A DNA stretch of 64,000 bases from contig JALDZS010000020.1 in NCBI GenBank assembly GCA_022813965.1, forward strand, positions 1 to 64,000, written 5' to 3'. The notes beneath the pieces were generated by a model. It saw nothing but the letters and a program-made list of their open reading frames with translations. It searched no databases and had not been told where the DNA came from. This DNA comes from Toensbergia leucococca. Taxonomy: Eukaryota. The translations under genes were made by a program, and so were the position numbers. Shown here piece after piece: positions 1 through 12,169 of this stretch (position 1 is the first letter of the stretch; every line of letters begins with the position of its first letter).

Positions 1-380
1 TAATGATCCTTTTATAAATAGCAACACTCTTATTTTTATTTTGATGTTATTACTTCAGCATATTCTTTTCTGACCTCTGATTTATTCAGTTAATAAAGGT
101 ACTCATATTATCAATGATTATTATTATATTAGTAATAGAAATAGTAGTAATGTTGCTCAGTTGAAGTTTAAAAATGATGTTGTTATTGACTTGAGAGAGC
201 TGATTATTAATGAGAAAGTTGTTGAGAGAGTCTATGTAAATTAGTATGTGATATTAAGATATATAAAGTCACATACAGATATACTGAGTTATTAGAGCTG
301 TCATAACTACTGAACTTTGATGATGTGAATAAGATGTTAATGAAAAAGAAGAAAATGAGGTGAAAAAAGAAGACTAGTGT
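1..380. repeat. AT-rich, C-to-T-eroded (RIP/methylation-like) degraded repeat, runs off the window start
   Basis: Very AT-rich, no CpG until position 396, few CC/GG, abrupt transition to normal GC at about 380. Confidence 0.65.
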
Positions 381-781
381 TCCTGATCAGGTTAGCGTGC
401 CGCAAAGGTAGGTAAGGTTGCCGCATCGGTGGGTAATTAGAAGTATGAGGGAAAAAAAAATTCATGAGAACCTAGTTTGTCCCGAGGATTTTGCATACGC
501 TAAATCACATCTCATCTCAATAAGTGACATCCTAAGCCTTCTTACTAATTCATCATTATGACTTTAGTATGGAAATGGTTGAGACCTGGCCTGCTTAAGT
601 CACTGTTGAAATGAACTTCTGCATATTCACATTCACTCTTAGACGTTGAAACCCGTGGCCCTGAAAGCTGCCTTGCTTTTAGATATGCATTTTCGTGACG
701 GTAGAATGCTGAATTCTACCTCTTCTTTACATTTATATTAGCCTTGTCGCTGTCAAATTCCTTCTTCTCAATATCAGTCAA

Positions 782-1872
782 ATGTGGGGATACATCCCCA
801 TCATTTCTCTTACTGCCCAAGCCATCTTGGCCGCTACCATCGCAGAACGAGTGAGCTCTGCAACTTCTATGATTTGCAATGCAGATAACTGTCTACGAGC
901 TGTTGAGCCCGCTGCATCTCTCATTATAGGCCAAACAGACTGCGCCAGCTTTCTGATGACCACAGTCACACCACTTCCGTCGTAAGTTATCTTGCGTCTT
1001 CAACCTATTTGACATATTTTCTGAAGCCCTTCGTCCCATCACAGGATCATTTCAAATATAGTCACTGTCACGATGAGTACCGCAATGGTGTTCACTACTG
1101 CCTACTCAGTTGTTGGCGCTTCGGTGATCATAAGGCGTCAAGGTTCTATCATCCATTCCGCCGACGTGAACCTGGCTGTAAAATCCACACCCAGCCCCCG
1201 GCATGAAGTGCTATCCCACGCTACGTTGAATGCTGTGCCTACTTATGCATCAGCTTGCTCAGGAACAGTTGGCTACTCGTCTGCGTGTCTCTGCATCGGC
1301 GCTACTAAGGCCACCATTACTTTGTCTGTTCCGGTAGGATTATCGTTTCCTTCTTATTGTATATTCTTATGGATGGACGCTGTTTTAGATCACAACGGTA
1401 GTCATTACCATGTCCCAAAGTATTCTGACAGCGACGACAACTTTAGCCATCACCAAACCGCAAGCCAGTAGGTCATCTCAAATCCCTACCATTGCAGTTT
1501 TCTTTTCTCCGACTTCACTCACGTGTCTCCTTTGCATCAGTCTGCGATCCAGCCAAGAACTATGGTGTCCTCTTTGCGGGAGGAAGCTCCAATTTTGACA
1601 CGAGTCCCCTCATTGATGAGATCATCTCACTGGGCTTCCCTGATATTACCAGCCTCGGAAGCTGCTGCTTCCAATGTTACAACACTACAGGCTGCTACAA
1701 CTTTTTCGTAAAAAGGTATTGCACTCTTACACTGATTAATGTGCCAGGCGGTAGGAGTGGAGCTTCTGGCGCTACAGTGACGTCGGAATGCCCAAACGGT
1801 ATTGCGCTTACCCAAGGGGTTCCTGGGACTATATTTGGCCTCGGCCCTTGCGTGGTAGAGGGATCCTTTTGA
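782..1872 (+). CDS. Secreted cysteine-rich, Ser/Thr-rich protein (4 exons)
   Basis: Hydrophobic N-terminal signal, CNADNCLRA and PTYASACSG..YSSACLC motifs, Thr-rich linkers, C-terminal CCxxCxxxxGC module; introns about 982-1044, 1334-1389, 1468-1540 keep the frame. Confidence 0.75.
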
Positions 1873-2178
1873 GCTCGTAGCGTTATCCGTCATGGAAGAA
1901 ATAGAGGTTACTGATTTTGGAAGCATTGCTTTGCACTGAGTCGAGTTCTACACACCTCAATTAGGAGACGGCTTGATGATCAGCCACGATTCGGTGCCAG
2001 CAAGTGGCTGTCTTGCTGTTGCCGGTAGTACACTCATCACAAGGTACTAGTAGCTCGCGGATCATGAAGGATCCAAGATCATGCATCTAAACCATCTTTG
2101 ATGATTGGTCTACATAAATGTGCACTTGTGGAATATTCAATTGAGCACTTTAGGGACTAGTCGATCAAGCCGAATAAG

Positions 2179-2781
2179 ATGACGTTGCGGTGTGGTGTGA
2201 CTGCTTTTTTGAAGCGACAACATATGTTCTTCCAGCCACGACAAGTATCGTTTGACGTAGGCGTAGGGCGAAGCATGGTTTTCAACAGCACAAATCAAAA
2301 GCATGAATGGATAGTTATTCTCCCGGATCAGCCGGGCGCTCTCCCTAGAAGAATGGAGGTCCGGCAGTGCGTGACCGTCTCCCAAGGATTGAGGCCAAGA
2401 GCATAACAAGCAGTAGGGACCATCTCAAAGCTCTTTCGGCAAAGGTGGATCAAGGCTTTTGGACATTTGGGGGCACGTGTTCCAAATTGAGACCAGGACC
2501 GTGAGAAAGATGGCGCTGATGCATCCACAGGCGCATTCTTGGACGAAGTACCCCAGGAAGGAGCAGGCCTGAAGATTAAGGGAAGCGTGATGCTTGCATT
2601 CGCCGAATCTAAGGAAGACGTCCTCCGGTCACTCAAAGACGATATTTACTCCGAATCAGACGTGTGGGATTGGGAAAAAGTACAAATTTACCCGGTACGT
2701 TGCAATCTTCTACTTAAGACACTGATATTGCCAAAACTTAGTATTAAGCAGTTTAAATCTATGTTCCGCAACCCTCTGTAA
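2179..2781 (+). CDS. YCII-related dimeric alpha-beta barrel domain protein
   Basis: EWIVILPDQPGALPRRMEVR / DHLK / GSVMLAFAESKEDVLRSLKDDIY..DVWDWEKVQIYPFKS pattern typical of fungal YCII proteins; several short introns. Confidence 0.75.
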
Positions 2782-3084
2782 GTGGCAGTAATCACCTCAG
2801 GTGCTGCCTAGGAGCTTGTATTAGTCAAGAGCAGACTAGAGTCGCCGACCTTGGGAGAGAAGACGGAGTGGAGAAATCAGGCTGAAATAAATAATACGCA
2901 TCCTCGAGAGACGTGAGACTGATCTTCTTGACTTTTTACTATAGACGGGTTTACTCATATCAACAAGAATGCTTGCCAAAAATCTGGAACAGATGTACCT
3001 TGTCTTTCAATCTCTCGTGTACATAGTAACCAGATTGAGCAGCTATTGGCCAAACATTATTATTTATTAGTGTTTCAATACTGA

Positions 3085-4788
3085 CTACAACTTGGCTTTC
3101 AGCGACTGTTTCTGCTTGAGCATTGCATCTGCTACCATTCTCCGCTGGACCTTTCCTGTTGCTGTTTTGGGCATGTTGTCGGTGAAAAAAATCTGTGATT
3201 ATTAAAGAGATATACACGGCATGTGTACAACCGACTTACCTGCTTGGGCACCTTGAATTTGGCGACCTTGCTCGTAATCCATCCACGTAGCTGGTCTTCT
3301 TCAATGGTTTGGCCATCTTTTAAGACTACCGCAAGACCAATGTCTTGGCCATACATATCATCCGCAATAGCGAAGCTGACTGCTTCTCCGACAGACGGAT
3401 TTTGGGCGACGACATTATCAAGTTCAATAGGGCTGATCTTCTCCCCACCTTTATTGATCAGTTCTTTGATTCTCCCGGTAATTATAACGTAGCCATCCTT
3501 GTCCTGTTTCCCCTGATCACCCGTACGAAAGAATCCTTCCTTCGTGAAGGATGTCTTATTGGCTTCAGGATTGTTAAGATAGCCCAGGGTAACATTTTCA
3601 CCGCGAATGCATATCTCAGCTTCTAAACCTCGGGTGACCTCTGTACCCTTCTGGTCAAGAATTCTGACCTCAACACCTTGACCACAACCAACACTACCAG
3701 GATATCTCTTAGCTGGCGGCAAAGGGTTCGACGTCATCTGATGGGCTGCTTCAGTCATGGCATATGCCTCAAGTACCGGAGCACCAAACGCTGCCTCCAG
3801 CTCATGGAATACCTTTGGAGATAGGGGAGAAGAGCAAGATCGAATGAACCGGATCTTGGGAATAGCCGTTGGCGGAGGATTTTTCAATAATATTTGGTGG
3901 ATGGTCGGAACTGCGGTATACCAATTGGCTTTGTGAGTGACAAAATTGGCCCAGAATTCGGATGCAGAAAAGCGCAGAGGCACGATGACAGAGCCGCCGG
4001 AGAAAAGCGGAGCGAGGAAACCTGCGAGTAACCCGTGAACATGAAATAGCGGCATGACCAGTAGAGTCCGATCCTCTGGCGACAACTTGTACGTTGATTG
4101 AATGTTGCCTAAGCCAGTCAACTTCAGTGCACCTGTCAACGAATAACCACAGTAAGCCGACTCACTCATGGTTCGCGTAAGATTACGGTGTGTTAAAGGA
4201 ACCTGTAGCGTTGTCATTCTCTAGGCTATTCATTTCTTCGCAATATGAACCAACTGCTTTCGGCCTCCCGGTGGTACCACTGGTGTGCAAGACGAGAGCG
4301 ACATCTTCTGGTACGGACTTTTGAATAGGCTGGCACCCTTCCCCACTTGATTTCCCAGCTTCCTTGACCTCCAGGACCACCTCTTGCCCGTTCCAATAGC
4401 ATTCAGCTACAGCGGCATTGTATTTGCGCGCTGCACGCACAGCAGGGCCGTTCTGCTTGACAGAAGCTCGAGGAACGAGTGCAACTGCGGAGCTTAGGTC
4501 ATCAATATAAAATTCAAATTCATCCTGCTTATAAGCTGGATTAAGAGGGGCTGCAATGGCACGCTGCCATGCAGTGGCTAGAAAAGCAACGATAAATTCG
4601 TACGAGTTCGGCAAAGCAATCGAGACAGCAGCCTGGGGACCTACGCCCAAGGCTGCGAGTTTTCTTTGGAAGGATTCCACTTGAGCAGTGAGTTGTTGAT
4701 ATGAGATAGTGAGCGCATGAGGTTCGCCAGGAACGATGATTGCGGCATTTGGTCCGCTAGGAGGGAATGAAGTGGAGAGGGTTGCCAT
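3085..4788 (-). CDS. PCS60: Peroxisomal acyl/oxalyl-CoA synthetase (AMP-binding family)
   Basis: LHTSGTTGRPK AMP-binding motif, EAYAMTE, FFRTGDQG, PKTATGK; spliced last exon ends KAKL* (PTS1). Confidence 0.88.
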
Positions 4789-5136
4789 TGATGAGCTACG
4801 TACTCGTACAGGTCTCGGATCAAAAAATCAGATACAGTTGGCGTGAGTGGCATGGCAATAAAACCAAAGTGAAATATCTAGTAGACAATGCTTCGATGAT
4901 CACAATGACGTCGAGGTTCAATCACGACTGGTGACGGGTTTTTGATAGGGAAATAAGGCTGAAACCCGGCAATGATTTCCGTTCTCCATATGTAGAAACC
5001 TGGCCATGACGCTAGTATGAAAGTACGGTAAATTACCATAGAACAAATACTCGTACTCTACTTGACTGGAATGCTAGAGTATTCTCTGCATTTTTCAACG
5101 TCGTCTACATCTGCCTTTGACCAATAGCTATCAGTT

Positions 5137-7039
5137 ATGGCAACTGAGGGTACGGCCAAGCATTCTCGAGCTGGCTTATCTCTCTACGCCAACCTTCTCG
5201 ATTCTTCAGCTTCCAGCTCTCTCGCACCCGGTACCATCTCTCGGGCACCTGTCGTCTTCAAGCAGTCTGCTGGAGAGGACCTTCAAAATGATGAAGCATC
5301 TGCTCAGAAGCAGTCAATAAGTGCCGGTAGATATGAATCTGCCCCTGTGTGAGATGTCCATATCTGCGCGAATCGGATTTGCTCACGGTTGTGCTGGGTA
5401 TCTTCTACGGTTGATAGCTTCCTTACGTTTCCAACCTACCAAAAGACCCCAACTTTCTGCGCAAAAGCAAAAGCCGAAGTCAGCACTACCAAAAAGTATC
5501 CAAGCAAACTCGAGTGCCAATGCCGAGGTAATAAAATCTCTTGACACACTCCCTACAACCCCACGTCCTGCACCCAAAAATACGCTCGCCGACTGGGCAA
5601 CAAATGGAGGAGACGAGGACATTAATGGCTTTTTCGGAGGAGAAAAGCGCCAGCGAGGCGGTCGCAAAAAGCGAAAGAAGAACAAGGAGGACTCACACAT
5701 TCCTCAAAATTGGGATGATATTTACGACCCATCTCGTCCTAATAGCTACGAGGAATACAAGAATAGTGATGAGAAAGTCCGTGAGGTGAGGGAGTGGAAG
5801 AATAGATTGTACGCTCATCGTATGGCCCGGATACGAAGCAGTGATACAGACAGCGCCGAGGAAGGTTTCTCAAGATCTAATATGAGTAGTAAGTTTGGAC
5901 GTGACGGATTTCGAGTCAATCTAAACCTGGAACAGATCAATTTGCACCTCCGGCGATGTCATTTGGACCGCCGCCTGATCTTGAGGCGCCTCCCATGTCA
6001 ATATATCCGTTGCAAGCCGTTGCTGTCCAGAATAATCCTACTGGCGAAGATGCATATGCTCGGCGAATGCGTCTTTCGCAGATAGCGAACAAGGTTGGAG
6101 ATACGGCTCGGCCGCTCGACCATCATACTTCGGGTAAACTTCATACGCCACCCCTCGCGCCTCCTTCCCGTGATCCAGACTCTCGAGAAGCCCAGCCACG
6201 ACCTCACTTATTACCCAGTTCAAGTCAACAACCGCCTCCTACCATTTCAAGGGCTCCTGTCCGCTACAATCTCCCTGCCGCGCCATCAGACATACCGGGG
6301 TCGGAAGCTGAGCTTGAAAGTGCTCTACAGCAAGAAGACGCGGAAGGTGACGAACCTCCACCAGAAAATGCACCACGATCTCTTCGCCCCGGTCAAAAAG
6401 GATTTGCAGAGCGCCTAATGTCCAAGTATGGATGGACGAAAGGTTCGGGACTTGGCGCAAGTGGCTCTGGGATTGTAAATCCTTTACGTGTACAAGTTGA
6501 GAAACAGAAGAAGAAGTCCGATTACGAAGGCAGCGGCTTTGTTGGCCCTGGAGGCAGAGGCAAGATAATTGGTGGGAAGAGGAAAGGCGGGGGCGGCAGC
6601 GAGTCCGAGGTAGGCAAATTTGGTGCCATGAGCGAGGTAGTTGTTTTGAATGGGATGGTCGATGGGATCGATTTGGTTGCGGAAGTGGATGGAGCCGGTG
6701 ACGGAGGCCTGATGCAAGAAATAGGGGACGAATGTGGTGAGAAAGTGAGTGTGGAACCTGCCCATCACATTTTACGGAATTGCTGCTTACTCGCTGGTAG
6801 TATGGTCGAGTCGAACGAGTGTTCATCGACCGGACTAGTCCCCTTAGTGCACTGGTCTTCGTTAAATTTACAAGCCAGCTATCGGCGCTGAGAGTAGGTT
6901 CAGTAAAAGGACTTAATTGGACTGAAGAGTTAACTTCTGGTAGGCCGTTAACGCCCTTGAGGGCAGAACATTCAATGGCAACATCATCACTGCAAAATTC
7001 TTTGATGCGGATAAATTCGAGACCGGGACTTATGTCTAG
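5137..7039 (+). CDS. SPF45: G-patch/UHM splicing factor SPF45 (RBM17/DRT111-like)
   Basis: NWDDIYDPSRPNSYEEY motif, G-patch (AERLMSKYGWTKGSGLG), C-terminal UHM (YGRVERVFI..FVKF..ALEGRTFNGN). Confidence 0.82.
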
Positions 7040-7812
7040 AGATCACGAGATCGAAATTGTGAACCTGCAAGACATCTGGGCTCGATCTGAAAGGGGAGTT
7101 CTTTGAAAAACTGGCGAACATCAGAATCTTCTAAGAGGAACTACCTCATCTTCTTATCGTCGGCTACCCGAGCGCCAGAGCTTTGCTGCATGACTTGAAG
7201 TGACTTTTGTAGGAATACTTAATCATCCAAAACAGATGTTCTTCAAGGATAACTAGTTCAACGGATTTGGTGGGTAAAGTTAGCTTGTTAGTCAAATAAC
7301 ACCTCAACATACACGTAACATAAGCCATAGTGTGCTCCGAAAAGTATTGATCCCACAACATATTCACATGCTAGCATGCAAATGGTCAATTGAAGCTGCG
7401 AATATTTGTTTCAAGAACAGAGAATGAGCTAAACTATGTACAGCCAAAAAGGTTGTAGGCACTCAAGAGACAGCCTCTCTAGCTTTCGCCTATGCCAAAG
7501 CGTCAATACTGGGCCCGAGAGTCGTCACAGGAAGCACTCGGAAACGCCTGGAAATGATTTAGTAAGAACGTCGCCCGTATTAATGTAACCCCAATCATTT
7601 CTGCCCTTCTGCGCTATTCTGTCCCAGTACATTAAAGTGTTTCTCTATGACCTTGCCTCCTGACCAATAAACGTAGGCGCCCACGGTCCATGTGGCGCAG
7701 CAGATATATTGGGGAATGTCGATGGCCCCACTGAACGAGCGCTTTAGTCTGTTGGAACGTGCGCTGTTGCACGAGAGCACTCCATAGAAGAGATAGTACT
7801 TTATTGTGATAC

Positions 7813-9332
7813 TCAATACGCTGGCCTGTGTCCCAGATTCCCAGGCTTTTCTTCGGTGTCGACATGCCAGACAACGTAGTTGGGCAATCCCACAACTTGA
7901 TAACCTGCTCTTTTCGCCATTTTGGCGAATCCTTCCGTCTCTGCTTGGTTTTCAAACGCGTAGCAAGGGAAATTGATTCCTTGAATCCATGTTAAAAGCT
8001 GCAAAAATGTCTACCTCCCCATTCGACTTACCAGATCTGTGTACGTCCGCCTTCACTAATATGTTCACTCCACCGATCCCATCTAGCTCCACCTCTTCAT
8101 CTTTGTTATGTCGCCAGTCGCCGAGGCTGGCTAGGTATGTCCTGCCTGTATCGTACTCTTTGTAACCTTTGCCATAGTCAGTGATGAAGTAAAATACTTG
8201 AGACAATTTTAAAGAAAACTGGTTACCTTCAGCTAAGACCACGTCCTTATCTAGACTCGCTGCGAGTCGAAGCCCTTTACTTGACTCAATCCAGGAGTTG
8301 TAATCGACTGTATGAGAATTAGCGTCGTCAATCCCTCGATGATAGTTTATTGTGTCTCACATTTCCCTTCGATATCTCTTTGATTTATATAGCGGTGGAA
8401 CCAAATATCTGTGTTGCTATATTAGGAAAGCCCGATGAAGCAAGTCAATGGTAGTTGAATACATACTTGGGACCAAAATGTCCTTGTCGTGCGCCATGAA
8501 ATCCTCCAGAATCTTACTCGGACTATCTTGTATATCGACATCCCTCCAGTAAACCCAAGAATGCTCCGACTTCAGCGCGGCATACATCAGGTAATTTCTA
8601 GCACGGCCGATAGATTTTCGCCGAGGTCCTTGTGCCGCAAATCCGTGCCGCTCCTCTACACTTTGACTAGTCTCGGCACCAAAGTCTTTTTCTAGGATCA
8701 ACGCGCTACGAAAAGGTATCCCATCCGTCCGTTTTTGCACCCGATCGAGCTCCGCCGACAGCACAGCCAAAGTGTCGTCATGAGAATCGCTGACCATAAA
8801 TGCCAGGTCAATCAACTCATGGGGATATGAGAGCTCTGAGAGCAAATCAAAGTACTTGGGGATGTGGGGCGCAGCGTCTCGTAAAGGTGTCAATATGAGT
8901 ACCCTTTCCTCGTTTATAACAGCCTTCGGGGTTGATTTGATTAGGTTGAGGTCCACATGCTGTATTTTCTTGGAATCAATCTCAATGGGTGCATGGTGGT
9001 TGTAAAGCACTGGCGTTTGGAGGTGGGAGTGCCACTGAGCTTGCTCATTTGCTGTCATGTCCATAGGCGGTGTTGCAGGACCCCAACAGTAGAACCTTTG
9101 TTTCAGCCAAAGTCGAGTCAGTCTTGGATCTAAGGTTGAGTGCCTAGAATGCCTTTTACCTCTGCATCTCGGCTGCTGATGTGCTGATGCCTCGCCATAA
9201 TATCACGACTATGCCAGCGAGCGCGACAAAGAGGAGAAATCGCGTCCTCGTAAGGAAATGAAAGATGGCCCTTGAAGGTGGCAAGTGGGCTTTGGTGGAT
9301 TTCCAGGTCACTCCGCCTTTGGGAAGCAGCAT
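7813..9332 (-). CDS. ANP1: Mannan polymerase complex subunit, GT62 Anp1/Van1/Mnn9 family
   Basis: N-terminal TM anchor (MLLPKGGVTWKS..FLLFVALAGIVVILW), VLILTPLRDA, WVYWRDVD, ENQAETEGFAKMAKRAGY, LPNYVVWHVDTEE. Confidence 0.8.
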
Positions 9333-9607
9333 GTCGTTCGGGAGGAGGGAAAGAGGAACAACGACTTCACCGTCGAATCGGCGGGGTGCCGACGGCGGTG
9401 GGATTCACGGAGCGATGGCTGCGGCTCTTGCTGTCGTGTATGTGTCGACCAGAGCAGTGTTTGGAAGTGTATAATTGTCGGTCTCGTTTAACTAGTAGTA
9501 GAGATGTTGAGGACGAAAGATATCAGCCCTGTTGAGGGAGGCCAATCGGCCACTCGTACGGATAATTTACAGCCATATGCGAATTTAGGTATAGTTTGGT
9601 TTTTTAT

Positions 9608-10521
9608 GGGAATTACTAAGGGAATTGATACCAGGACACCCTTTTTTGATACAAGGACACCCCCTCACCCCCCTACCCCCCTTGGGCGCAATATCATCGA
9701 GGGAAATTTTATCATTCTGCACCACAATTTGCCTCAATTCCCCACCACATTTGCATGCCTTATACCTCACTCATGATTCCGCGTGCCATCTATCTCCTTC
9801 ACTGCAGTCCTACAGGAGCCCGTGTTGTAAGAGAACAACAGGCCTTTGATAGGGGGTACACAGCGTGAACTTTTCTGAATTTGAATGAATAGAAGGTCAG
9901 GGAGAGTGAGGATCTAGATAGAGGGGGACAAGGACTTAGAGGGGGGGTGAGGTGGCAGTTCCTGTTGAAAACAAGGGTGTTTCATGATTTTGAAAAGAGG
10001 TGATTCAAAATCATGATGTTTTCACGCCCCTGAGGAGGTGATCATGCGTCCAAAAATCAAGTCAGGATGTGGTACAAAAGCATGAGTTTTCTCCTAGGTA
10101 ATTTGGCTTCTAGATGGCACACAAACGGAACATGTAAATGGCTTGCATAGTGGTGAGGAATTGAGGTGAAATGTGTCGCAGAATGATAAGATTTCCCTCA
10201 GTGATCTTGCGCCTAAGGGAGGGAGGGGGGTGTCCTTGTATCAAAAGGGGGTGTCCTGGTATCAATTCCCATTACTAATCCTACACCCCATTTTGATACA
10301 TCTACACCCCCCCCAACTAGTGCCCGGGCGCAAGGTCACTGAGGGAAAAATCGCGATTTCATGCCACATTTGAAGAGTAAATGGTACGCAATAGAGGTAG
10401 AAAATCATGCGCAAATGTGGTATGGAATCGTGATTTTTCCCTCAGTGATCTTGCGCCCGGGCACTAGTTTTAGGGGGGGGTTGTAGATGTATCAAAATAG
10501 GGTGTAGGGTTAGTAACTCCC
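9608..10521. mobile_element. Outer MITE (long TIRs, 8-bp TSD TTTTTTAT), interrupted by a second MITE
   Basis: Termini GGGAATTACTAA.. and ..TTAGTAACTCCC; about 100-bp imperfect inverted arms (10271-10372 vs 10412-10521); TTTTTTAT at 9600-9607 and 10522-10529. Confidence 0.9.
9620..10270. mobile_element. Inner MITE, 651 bp, long TIRs, 8-bp TSD ATTACTAA
   Basis: GGGAATTGATACCAGGACACCC..GATACAAGGACACCCC at the left and its reverse complement at the right; ATTACTAA at 9612-9619 and 10271-10278; no transposase ORF. Confidence 0.92.
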
Positions 10522-12169
10522 TTTTTTATTCAGTATTCCAACATACGTAAATTACTGATCAATCTATGCATACTGCTTACGCTTTATGGCATATATCACT
10601 TGCCTAACATATTTGTGAACAGTATTCTACCTCGGCTCACTCATGTCTTTCCCTCAGTGATATGTCAAAAACTTGTGTCACCAAAATCTTGATGGTCTTC
10701 TGTACCGGCTACTCTATGCGTTCTCTTCTTATGTTTCTTTGCTGATATTGAAGTGCATCATTTTTCTTAACTTCAGATATGAGTAGTGTTTCTTAGTCAC
10801 TTTATGAGTTGTCATATTGATACTCTAGCGCTGTAAGACTGAAGGTTCATTGCACTCACCATGTCTATCATAACAATGAGAGGTACGGACAGATGCATAC
10901 TAGTTCTCAGAAAACATTGGTAATGCGTTTCTCTCCTATACTGTTTCAGCTCATTGAGGAGGTCACTACTCACAAGCTTAGAGTTGCAAGAGATGTGTCA
11001 AGTTGATTTGATTTACAAAGGACTGACTGCTTCCATCTCCCAGTGTCCCGGAGTGTATGTTATATAGCTCAATATTGCAGCAAGTCTGTCATCACAGCGT
11101 TGTGAATTTCATTGTGCTCTCTGTGACCGTCAAGAACCTCGTCAGCCTTGGGTACTCTTATGATTCTTTACTTCTTCTTGACGTGATAGATACGGGTTAT
11201 AGAAGCCAATGCTGGCAGCCTCAATGTGAAGTCCTTATCAGCCAGTGCATTTATGCGTCGCCAAATGAATTCCTAGATAAGCGCGGCCTCATCTGAAATT
11301 TAGGTACACTCTTGAAGACCTTACTGATCACACTACCTAGGGAGACAGATACCGAAAACACCACAGGCGAAGCTACTACCGGCCAAGCTGCAGTATTGCG
11401 TGAACGTCTTGTCATGACTACCTAGTCTATTAGTTAAGCTGACCCACTAAAGGAATGTCAATTTTCTGGGCTGTGGTATTGAATTAGCTTATCTGGCGGT
11501 GCATTCACTTAGATATCTTGTTCAATTCCTCCTACGATATGGGTCTTGTACATCCTGCACAAGTATTTCTGTATGTGCATCTCATTTGGATATCAAATGT
11601 GCCAAGTAGTGCATGAGCTCGTCCCCACCATCGCAATTTTCAAGATAGCATCAGCACGGTGTTAATCATGGGAAATCTAAGTCCTTACGATTTGTGTGCT
11701 AATGTGATCATCTTAGTTGCCACACCGGATTCAGCTATGGAAGACAAAATGCGAGTAGAGTACTAGATATTGTTTCTTGGTAATAAGTGCAGGTACTCAT
11801 ATGTCTAGCTTGCGCCTCTCCGTTTCCAGAAGTACCTTCTGCCCACGTACGAGAAAAGTAGATCAACCACATGAACGACAGTGAAGCGAACTAAAGAAAT
11901 AATGGCAGGGATATCTGCCCTAGGCATGTTCTTTAAGTCTTGATCTATGTACATTGAGGCAAAAGATATTCAAACAGATACTGAAGTACAAAGGATTACA
12001 TAACGTGGAACGTTCTGTAGTGAACCGAATGAAAAGACTAAGGATCAAAGAAATGATACGATTAAGGAGTATGTTCCGAACATGATAGAATTGACTCAGC
12101 ATCAAAATGAGCATCTAGGCCTTGTACCGAACGTAGGAAATGCAGGAAATCTAGGGTCAACTCACAGGC

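Noticed and set aside
6239..6826. Long antisense ORFs in the track (e.g. 6239-6826, 12266-12841, 18635-19216, 32542-33138)
   Set aside because: Shadows of real genes or 3' regions with no recognisable motifs
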